Origin: Pecten maximus
Lineage: Eukaryota
DNA: 64,000 nt
Direction: 5' to 3'
Assembly (NCBI RefSeq): GCF_902652985.1
Contig: NC_047016.1
Location: forward strand, 18,538,001-18,602,000
The position numbers were made by a program, and so were the translations under genes. Positions 37,001 to 49,000 of this stretch are shown piece after piece. The notes beneath the pieces were generated by a model. It did not search any database. It was not told the origin of the DNA and saw only the letters and a program-made list of their open reading frames with translations. How positions within the stretch are numbered: position 1 is the stretch's first letter; every line of letters starts with the position of its first letter.

Positions 37001-40000
37001 ATAAGACAATGGAAATACTAGCAATGCAGGCATATTCTCAATGGCAAACAGGAAAAATAAAAGTTGGATAAATAAGATAGTATCATTAAATAGGCGATGA
37101 ATCGTGAGTTGTCCGTTTTATTTCTGTTTAAATTAGAGTTTCTGTCTTCCTGTGGGTACCAAGCTTAGAAATAAACAAATGGGTGTGTTTAGAGATTATG
37201 TCTGCATTGGCAATCACAGACATGACGCTATTCTTTGAATAGATGTTTCACAATGTAAACCTATGAATAATAACAAGCAATCCTTACACAAAATAACTTA
37301 TTATAACACGTCACCTGTCATATGTATGCAAATGAATGCCCGTGTTCTCATTGATTACAAATCTGTACTAGCTCATCATGCTGTTGACAATCTGTCGTAT
37401 TATTGATATTGTCAGTATAGATAAAGGAATGGTGATTATTGTTTAAATTACGGATGTCAAGGAACTTTTAAAAGTCACTTAGATATATCACACAAATATA
37501 ATTAAAGTAGAACGTGTACAGACAGGAAATTACAACAAGATGTACAAAATGTATGTGTAATCATATATTTTGTCTGTCCTGTTTTGACAGTATAGAAGAT
37601 TTTAAGCATCCCCAAACTTAAATAAATTTCTATTTTCTAAATAAAAAAAAAACAACTACAATGTAAAGAAAACAACTCAACAAACCTCGGCGTTAATAAA
37701 GTGATATTAATGTACCACATTATTGTTCCATGTTACATTTAAATTATATTCCAGGATTGCATCTCTTATTTCCAAAGTCACTTGGCAATGAATTCTGGAT
37801 GATATCAAAAACAAATGAGGGATGTGTGGAGATGTCCACAAAGTGATCTAACTATATAAGAAGGTTAGACAAAGTTGAACTTTTTGAGCATTAGTTCGGT
37901 TATATTTTGTTCCGGGGTGTTGACACCATGGTTAGCTTTGTTCTGGAAGGTTGACACTATGTTACATTTCGCTCCGGAGTATTTATTTTATGTTTGTATG
38001 TTATGGTTTTGAGTGTAGATGATGTGGTATGTTGTGGTACTGAGTATTGACGTTATGGTATGTTATGAGTTTGAGTGTTGACGATGTGGTATATTGTGGT
38101 ACGGAGTATTGACGTTATGGTATGTTATGATTTTGAGTGTTGACGATGTGGTATATTGTGGTACGGAGTATTGACGTTAAGGTATGTTATGATTTTGAGT
38201 GTTGACGATGTGGTATATTGTGGTACGGAGTATTGACGTTATGCTATGTTATGATTTTGAGTGTTGACGATGTGGTATGTTGTGGTACGGAGTATTGACG
38301 TTATGGTATGTTATGATTTTAAGTGTTGACGATGTGGTATGTTGTGGTACGGAGTATTGACGTTATGGTATGTTATGATTTTGAGTGTTGACGATGTGGT
38401 ATATTGTGGTACGGAGTATTGACGATATGGTATGTTATAATTTTGAGTGTTGACGATGTGGTATATTGTGGTACGGAGTATTGACGTTATGGTATGTTAT
38501 GATTTTGAGTGTTGACGATGTGGTATATTGTGGTACGGAGTATTGACGATATGGTATGTTATAATTTTGAGTGTTGACGATGTGGTATGTTGTGGTACGG
38601 AGTATTGACGTTATGGTATGTTATGATTTTGAGTGTTGACGATGTGGTATATTGTGGTACGGAGTATTGACGTTATGGTATGTTATGATTTTGAGTGTTG
38701 ACGATGTGGTATGTTGTGGTACGGAGTATTGACGTTATGGTATGTTATGATTTTGAGTGTTGACGATGTGGTATGTTGTGGTACGGAGTATTGACGTTAT
38801 GGTATGTTATGATTTTGAGTGTTGACGATGTGGTATATTGTGGTACGGAGTATTGACGTTATGGTATGTTATGATTTTGAGTGTTGACGATGTGGTATAT
38901 TGTGGTACGGAGTATTGACGTTATGGTATGTTATGATTTTGAGTGTTGACGATGTGGTATATTGTGGTACGGAGTATTGACGTTATAGTATGTTATGATT
39001 TTGAGTGTTGACGATGTGGTATATTGTGGTACGGAGTATTGACGTTAAGGTATGTTATGATTTTGAGTGTTGACGATGTGGTATATTGTGGTACGGAGTA
39101 TTGACGTTAAGGTATGTTATGATTTTGAGTGTTGACGATGTGGTATATTGTGGTACGGAGTATTGACGTTATGGTATGTTATGATTTTGAGTGTTGACGA
39201 TGTGGTATGTTGTGGTACGGAGTATTGACGTTAAGGTATGTTATGATTTTGAGTGTTGACGATGTGGTATATTGTGATACGGAGTATTGACGTTATGGTA
39301 TGTTATGATTTTGAGTGTTGACGATGTGGTATATTGTGGTACGGAGTATTGACGTTATGGTATGTTATGATTTTGAGTGTTGACGATGTGGTATATTGTG
39401 GTACGGAGTATTGACGTTATGGTATGTTATGATTTTGAGTGTTGACGATGTGGTATGTTTTGGTACGGAGTATTGACGTTATGGTATGTTATGATTTTGA
39501 GTGTTGACGATGTGGTATATTGTGGTACGGAGTATTGACGTTATGGTATGTTATGATTTTGAGTGTTGACGATGTGGTATATTGTGGTACGGAGTATTGA
39601 CGTTATGGTATGTTATGATTTTGAGTGTTGACGATGTGGTATATTGTGGTACGGAGTATTGACGTTAAGGTATGTTATGATTTTGAGTGTTGACGATGTG
39701 GTATATTGTGGTACGGAGTATTGACGTTATGGTATGTTATGATTTTGAGTGTTGACGATGTGGTATGTTGTGGTACGGAGTATTGACGTTATGGTATGTT
39801 ATGATTTTGAGTGTTGACGATGTGGTATATTGTGGTACGGAGTATTGACGTTATGGTATGTTATGATTTTGAGTGTTGACGATGTGGTATGTTTTGGTAC
39901 GGAGTATTGACGTTATGGTATGTTATGATTTTGAGTGTTGACGATGTGGTATATTGTGGTACGGAGTATTGACGTTATGGTATGTTATGATTTTGAGTGT

Positions 40001-43000
40001 TGACGATGTGGTATATTGTGGTACGGAGTATTGACGATATGGTATGTTATGATTTTGAGTGTTGACGATGTGGTATATTGTGGTACGGAGTAGTTACGCT
40101 ATTGTATGTTATAATTTTGAGTGTTGGCGATGTGGTATATTGTGGTACGGAGTATTGACGTTATGGTATGTTATGATTTTAAGTGTTGACGATGTGGTAT
40201 GTTGTGATACGGAGTACTGACGCTATATATGTTATGCTTCGTTTCGGAGTGTTGACGCATTCATATTTTTGGTTCGGAAGTTTGACGCTTTGGTATGCTT
40301 TGTTCTGGCCGATTTACAGACTCGTTTTCCCAAAAACAAGTTGGTCCATAACAGACCATATGCATGGCTGGTTAATACCCTCGGTTATATTCCATACTTT
40401 GTGCATTAATCAGAGCCCGGATAGATCCAGCAGAGGGATGACTTGCATATTGCGAAGGTACACTGTGCTGTTAGCAGGGTAATTACGTATTCCTGTGCTA
40501 CCACGGGTTTTGAATAGTTGATTTGTCATATATCTCTAGGACAATACATATTTGAAAACCGTATCCGTCATTAATGTCCACAACAATGTCGATTATACAC
40601 GTTCCGTGCCGTGAACAACATACACTCGGCGAAAATAACAACAAACCTCACGCAGATAAATTATTGAACCACAGGTACCTGAGTCAGTCAAGCAATCAAC
40701 ACAAACTGAGCGGTTATCCCTCAATGAGCAGTACATTGGTATATTGTGAAGCGTCCATAGTTTGATTCCATTCACCCTTAAAACAACTGTGTGTATCTTT
40801 GTGTCGGTACGTTACTAAGGCTATAATTGCTACCAAATCTTGGGAGATATGAAATAAAATGTTCTGACAAGCAAATAGAGATTGCAATTAATCAACTTCA
40901 AAAGTGTGTCACTTAGAATACTGTAAAAGGAGTCCTTCTTTAGAACATCATTATCCACTTTCTTGTTAAGAATAAAATACATAATTTGTAGCGAGGGACA
41001 GAAATGTTGATATCCTGGATTTGTTGGATACCCAATCTGATCAGCTGTTACATGGCTACGTTTACAACGTACTACGCCTGAACATCTGAAGGTGTTCCGA
41101 TCAGAGTCGCGTTCAGGTGACCTCCTCGACAATGAATGCTCATTATATACTAGCCAATCAGAGACGAGTTTTCGAAAACCTTTGGTTGCATTTTGGTTCA
41201 AATTCAAATGACGCGATAGGCAAATTTCAGTTTCCTTTTATAAAACATCAGAACTTACGTTGTTCAATCTCCGTGTGTCAATGTTTGAACAAAGCCAAAA
41301 CCGAAAAGTATACACAAATTACAAAATCCGTGCGATTTCCTGGTCGTCGCTATCACTGCCATATTATTTTGCATCGCTGAGCTCGGTTCGATTTCTCTCG
41401 GATCTTATCATGGCTTAGCGTACCGTCACGAGGAATATCGAAGCGCTGAATAGATTTTGTGGCAATATTGATTGCCTAATCGAAAGATCACCTGAACGTG
41501 ACCCTGATCGGAGCACCTTCAGATGTTCAGGCGTAGTACGTAGTAAACGTAGCCGTGTAACACTTGATTTTAATCAAAATGATGGATTCCACGAAGAATC
41601 TAGGAATTACCTTTAAAAGTCGTTTGTTGTCACCAATGTTTGTCTGCTCAGAAAAACTCCTTGTTTTTTGCTGGGTTAGCAATTTCAGAACAGTTCATAC
41701 ACTTTATATATTATCCACAGGTGTTATCCACGGTTTTTTTTAACATATTCTTGTCATCTGGTTAGGTAACAATCTACACCACTCTTCTGGAACAACTAAT
41801 GTTAACTAAAGTTAAACTTCCTAATATCTTATGGGTTTATCTTCTTTTCTTTATCTGCTCAGTTACATCATCAATCCACAAATATGTAATAAACATCTAA
41901 AAATTGAACATGAACCAAACTCTGCGCGCGCCGAGAAGCACGGGATTGCTTATTAAATGCCGAGAGGTTTCCCTGCCAATTCATGGTGGTTTTTCATGTT
42001 AAACTCATCTTTTATTTGTGTCTTACAGACTCGTATCTTTTAGCGACTCATTTACATGTAGAGAGTGGAGCAACGCGTTAAATATTCCCCGTATAATGAG
42101 CGGGTAGCTATAGTTTCCCGGTTTTAATTGTAATCATGAAAAAACAGCGGTATTGGTTCTCACATTATATCATCATTAGGGTACGTATATATTCTATCAT
42201 TCAACATGGTTTTTTTAGTAATTATGTCCAATTTATGTGCTATGGAACCATGTGAAGTTGAAAATCGTCTGCTAAGTTAGCGACACTGATGTGACCGGTT
42301 AGACTGGAATCTGTTTCAAACGAAATATCTTAGGAATCGTTTTCATCTACTATCAAGACGACTTTCATTTAGAATTTAAGAGCTAATATTCTTTTTTCAT
42401 AAATCCAGTCGATAGAAACATAAGTGTTTCCGAGGAATCGAGTCTGTCCTGTGCAATGTCCGTTCAACGCCGCATCAATTCTAAATGTTAACCGTATATC
42501 ATTGCGCAGAAAAACGGTTTCGATTTTAAACAATCAGAAATTATGCAATTGTGAACAATTTGACTATACCAACAAACGTATATGAATTATAAAATAAAGC
42601 CAAATTTATGCAAAAACAATTTTATGTGTTGGCTATTAATAACGCTATGAAGGACTATATCATTCCTTCTGGAAATTTCGGCTGTTCCGGTATTTGAACT
42701 TGATGACGTCAGTGGTAGGGTAAGCGGCAAATTTAAACGCATCATAACCTAGAGTAAATACAAAATCTTTATGAATGTAGATATAAGCATTGAACTGTTA
42801 CCAAATGGTAGTATACAGTCGATATGAATATAATTTGGGTGACAGATAAATATTTCATGTCGCCCTACCCTAACGGGCGACATTCTCTTTATCTGTCACC
42901 CAAATTGTATTCATATCGACTATATACTACCATTTGGTAACAGCTCAATGCTTAAATGCAACGCAAACAAACGAATATAATCCGGCAGTATATTAGATGA

Positions 43001-46000
43001 TTACGATTACGACGCTCCACTCTACACTGTGATATTAGTAAGAAAGGATACACTCTTGATTGGGGATACAGTGTTATTTGAAATCTAGTGCTGGTTTGTT
43101 ATACGAAAAGGAAAACAATAACCACGTGGTGTCTTAAGCTGGAAATAGTGCTCTATTGAAAAGGTTATGAAACGCTCGCTGTTAAAGGAATATATGGAAT
43201 CGTGCTGTCGACATCCGCCTCTATAGGTAGATATTTACAGGTGCCCAGCACAGATACAGCTATAGGATACCCAACACATTACAAGCTCGATATATAGGGA
43301 GGGCACTGGGCTAACTATCGATACAATCAATACTGGCAGGGTTGTAACAGTCTGGTACGTTTCTGTTAAATATTAATTCAAATATTTCTTAATTCTTCGT
43401 TTATCGATGACTTGCGTGAGAGGAACTGCATGGTGTAATCAGTCATTAGTACTTCAAATCACAACGGATGAAATGTAACACTGAAGATAACCTGTATATG
43501 TTGAGTCCGAGTTACTGTGGGGATCACTTCGGTTTCTCAAATGTTCAACATAATAGTATACCTATTCTGTGTAATAACATACAGCGAAGCAGCGGTAAAG
43601 TAATCGTCAATATATGGATACTAATGAACTGACGAGTACAACAAAGGACACTTTATAATCAATTTCAATGTACAGGGTGTTTCAAAATATCTGATACATT
43701 CTAAATTGACTTTTCTCAGGCACTTCTCATCACATTGAGAAGTTTTATACACCATATGATAGGTAATTAGTCACAATTTTGTTTAACGAAAAGTTCGGGG
43801 AAATATGACGTCATCTATAATGTCATGTATAATGTCATCTATGACTCATAAAACAGGCAATCTCAAAGATAAAGGTGTCTGACATACATCTGGCAGAAGC
43901 AGTAAAACTGTTTTATCAGCTTAATTCACCTATAAAAGTGATGAGATGTATGCATAAAAAGTATCCAGAGATGCAACCACATCCTGAGAACACTGTATAC
44001 CGGAAGCAGGCTATCCGAAGAGAAATCCGTGCAATTTCAACTGAAACATGTTCATTAGTAATTAAGAATTTTAGACGTAGAATTGACCTGGTCGCTGACC
44101 AAAATTGACGTCATTTGGAACACTTGGTATAAAAAGGTACCGTTTATTAACCAATCGTTAAATGTTTAATACCCTATTCAGTATGGTCAGTAAGATATGA
44201 GAATATGAATATGAGAATTTAGCAATTAACCTAGAAATTAGAAATATGGAATTTACTCTGATTACTGTCTATGGCCCTAATTCAGACAATCCTAATTTTT
44301 TTAACCTTATTGATGATACTATAGATATTTTCAGTAATAATAGAATAATAATATGTGGTGATTTTAATCTAGTTTTAAATCCTGATAAAGATTATGATAA
44401 GAGTTACAGAAACATAAACAATTCAAAAGCCAGAGAGAAGATCTTAGAAATAATTGAAAACCACAACCTAGTCGATATATATAGAGAACAGCATCCTGAT
44501 AGCATTAGATATACATGGAGAAAGCCAAATCCATTAAAACAGTCTAGATTAGACTTTTTCCTAATTTCAGAAAATATTTCGTCGTTAGTAATAAATTCTT
44601 CCATAGAAACAGGATATAGATCAGACCATTCATTCCCCAAAATTTGTATGCAACTTCATGAATTTAAGAGAGGTAAAGGACTGTGGAAATTTAACAATTC
44701 GTTACTTAGTGATGTAGAATATATAGATGTTGTTGATAATATTATCCTAGAAACTAAAAAACAATATTGCTTACCTATGTATAATATAGACAATTTAGAA
44801 AATATTCCAAATTCAGAAATACAATTTAATATCGATGACCAACTATTTCTTGAGACACTTCTGATGAATATAAGGGGGAAAACAATATCTCATGCTGCTT
44901 ATAGGAAAAGATCACAAAATTTAACAGAAATTAATCTTAAAAAATCAATAGAAGAATTAGAAAGTCAAAGTGTTTTAAATACAATAGAAATTGATAAAAA
45001 GAAAAAAGAATTAGAAGAAATCAGAACGAAAAAGATAAAAGGCAGCATTATTAGATCTAGGGCAAAGTGGGAAGAAGAAGGGGAGAAACCAACTAATTAC
45101 TTTTTCAGTTTGGAAAATAGAAACTTTACATCAAAAATAGTTCCAAAAATTCAGTTAGAAGATGGCACCTTAATTACAAAACAAGAAGAAATTCTAGATA
45201 AAATCCAATGCTTTTATGAAAATTTATATAATTCAGATGATACTTTAACTGATATACATGTAACTCTTGATTCTCTTATTGATTTCGAAAACATCCCAAA
45301 ACTAAATATGTATGAATCTGATAAATTAGAAGGACTTATAACTATTGAGGAAGCATATAAGACATTAAGCAATATGAAAAATAATAAAAGTCCTGGCTCT
45401 GATGGCTATACCGTTGAATTTTTTAAATATTTTTGGGAACAACTTGGGTATTTCATTGTCCGTTCACTAAATTATGGGTACATGAAAGGAGAATTATCTC
45501 TAACACAACGCCACGGTGTAATAATTTGTATTCCAAAAAAAGATAAACCACGTCAATATATCAAAAACTGGAGACCTATAACTTTATTAAATATTATATA
45601 TAAAATTGGATCAGGGGTTATTGCAAATAGAATAAAATCAGTTTTGGACATAATTGTTAACAAAGATCAATCAGGTTTTATAGCAGGTCGATACATTGGG
45701 GAAAACACTAGACTTTTATATGACATTATGAATTATACTGAAGAAAATGATATTCCGGGGATGGTTTTAATGATAGATTATGAAAAGGCGTTCGATTCTG
45801 TTTCTTTTAACTTCATAGCAAAAGTGTTAGATTTTTTTGGTTTCGGAAATTATATAAAAAAATTGGGTACAATTGTTTAACTGTAATGTAGGAGCTTCTA
45901 TTAATCAGGGAGGGAATCTTTCATCATTTTTCAGAATAAAAAGGGGATGTAGACAAGGGGATCCGATCGCACCATATATCTTCATTCTTTGTGCCGAAAT

Positions 46001-49000
46001 TCTTGCTATTAGGCTTAGAAATAACAAACATATTAAGGGGATAGAAGTTGATAATACAAATATTTTACTTTCACAATATGCAGATGACACATACTTAACT
46101 CTTGATGGATCTGAGGAATCTCTTAAAGAAACAATGAATGAATTAAATATTTTTGCATCAATTTCAGGATTAAAAATTAATATTGATAAGACAGAAATTG
46201 TATGGATTGGCAGTAAAAAATATAGTCAAGAGAAATTTCTACCTGAACTAAACTTGAAATGGCGAAAAGAAAAATTCACTCTATTAGGAATAGATTTCAG
46301 CGTTGATCTACATGAAATGATTAAAATGAACTTTGATAAGAAAATAGTAAAATTAAAAAATATTATTACTGCTTGGAGCAGACGTAACTTAACTCCAATA
46401 GGTAAAATTCATTTAATAAAATCATTAATGATCTCCCAATTTAATCATTTATTTATTGCTCTACCAAACCCAGGTGACAAGATAATTAAAAAAATAAACT
46501 CTATTTTATTTGAATTTTTGTGGCATAGTAAAGTGGATAAAATTAAAAGAGATATTATTGTACAAGATCACTCTCATGGGGGACTAAAAATGCTCAATAC
46601 TCAAAATTTTGTTGATTCATTAAAAATTGGCTGGGTTAAGCGACTGTTTCAATCTTCAGGAAAATGGAAAACACTACTAGAAAAATATTTAGACCTAGAT
46701 AAACTAATGAATATTGGAGGGAACTATATAGATCTATGCCAACAAAATATTAGCAATTTTTTTTGGAAAGATGTACTTAGGGCTTGGTCAAGATTAGATA
46801 ACTCTACTAATATGAAAATAGTCAAAGGGAAAGCACTCTTGCATACACCTGTCTGGCATAACAAAAATATTACAATAGGTGGTGGAACAATTTTCTACTC
46901 TAAGTGGTATGAAAAGGGTATTTATGTCATTGGTGACTTCTTTAAAGATGTAAACAACAACACTTTTTTTCTCTTTTAATGAATTTATTCAAAAGTATAG
47001 CATTAACACTAACTTTTTGAAATATAATGGAGTAATATCTGCAATAAAAAAATGTTTACAACACTTTGAATTTGATTCCACTACTTATAACTTTGTATAT
47101 CCAGTTTTACCTAGCAATATTGCAATATTTCTTAATATTAATAAAGGCTCGAAGATATTTTATGATATTCTAAATTCAAAGAATGATATTACTGCTAAAG
47201 GGAAAGAGAAATGGTCTAACGTACTTGATTTCAATTTAAATGATTGGTGTAGTATATATACACTTCCTTTTACAGTAAGTAAAAACTCACGATTACACTG
47301 GTTGCAATTTAGAATATCACATCATATCTTAACAACTAATTCATTTCTTTTCAAAGCCAAACTAACAAACAATCCATTCTGTAACTTTTGTAACTCAGAA
47401 ATTGAATCAATTGTTCACCTTTTTTGGGAATGTGATCAAGTTCAGAATCTTCTTGAAGGTCTAGATATATTATTAGATGCATTATTTATTCCCTTTAGAC
47501 TAAATAAAAAAACAATGCTTTTTGGTAAATATGATGGTGATTATAAAAATCCATCCTTTAAAGTAGATAATCAAATTATTTTGATTATAAAACAATACAT
47601 ATACAGAAACAGATGTCTGCATAAATCTTTAAATATCAACTCTTTACTCTATTGTATCTATGATCATTATAAAGTCAGAAAATTTTGTAGCTCTAAAAAA
47701 GGGGAAAAAGAAAAAAACAAATGTTTGGCTGAATGGAGAAAATGGGATAAACTTTTGCAGATTATGGAATAATACTTTTTTAATCTGTTTTATTGACTTA
47801 TACATTACACATTTATTTGTATTAAATATTAATAATCGCATACATGTGGTACCTTCTTCTTTTGCTGGAATCCCAGTGTCTGACAATTGCAGTAAATATA
47901 TATAATTGAGTTAATCTACATTTTTAGTAACAAGTCTACCATCCAGTCCTTTCCTCTTTTGGCATAAATTGTGTAAAGTATGATATTTTTTTTTCTTTTT
48001 CTTTTGTACTATCTTTGAATAAAAATACTTTAAAATATTACAAAGTACTCCCTTCCTTTTCTTCTTCTCCTTCCTTTCTTTCTTCCACTTTTCATCCTTC
48101 TTCTCTTCCTTCTCCTTCCTTTCCTCTTCTTTATGTATGTCTGTATATGTCTATATGGATTTTTGTCGTTTTGTTCAAGATTAAATAATATAAATGTTAT
48201 GATTTGTATCCTGTCCACGTGTATCTGTGTTTGTTTTTATCTTATACCATTGATGTTAGGTGTGTATGTTTGTTAGGGTGAGAGGGTGAAACCATATGAC
48301 GTTAAATATGAAAGGTTTTGGAAGAATATATAGTGTGAAAGCTGAACAATTGAGTGAATAGATGCAATATACATTAATTTGAATGTCAAAAAGATAGAAT
48401 GTAGAGTGAGTGAGTGAGTGAGTAAGCATGTAAATGTTTCCGAAGTAAAATATATATATGTACCTATGTATAATATGCCTTGGAAAAATAAAAAAAATAT
48501 AAAAAAAAAAAAAGATATGAGAATAACATTTAGAAAATGTGTTTTGCTGTAGTATATATTTTGTTTTCCTATGATTATAATGAAATGAGTAATCGGGATT
48601 TATAAAGTATCAGATATTTTGAAACACCCTGTACCTTTGTTCGAAACAAAACAAAACAAAACAAAAAACTAACAAATAAATAAAATGGGACAGCCAATAA
48701 AAAGTGTACCTTCAGGTGGCCACCACTAATAAACAGTACTTCCTGACTGTTCAAAATTATTTTTGATCAATAAGATTTGCTCAAAATTTGCTATTATACC
48801 CTTCATTAGAAGCATATATTTTCTTTCATCATATTGGCAATTGTCTTTTGTCTTTTGACACGGTAAACACTTGATAGGCTGACCGGCCTTTAATAAGACT
48901 TCATACAGTGTAGGATACCGGTTGGATGTCGAACTTGACGTTCTTTTGAAATTCAATGTTTAATTTTATTAAATTTATTGAATTAAAGGGTTTTTGCGTC

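Larger units (their letters stand above)
43673..48631 (+). mobile_element. Internally deleted Tc1/mariner-family DNA transposon (~640 bp) interrupted by a LINE
   Basis: Perfect 25-bp TIRs cagggtgtttcaaaatatctgatac (43673-43697 and 48607-48631), TA on both flanks. Fused transposase N-terminus (AVKLFYQLNSPIKVMR..KKYP) and C-terminus (KQAIRREIRAI...VIKNFRRRIDLVADQN*RHLEHLV*) at 43875-44132. Confidence 0.9.

Noticed and set aside
48030-48218. Protamine-like Arg/Lys-rich ORF on -
   Set aside because: Antisense reading of the polypyrimidine tract in the LINE 3' UTR.
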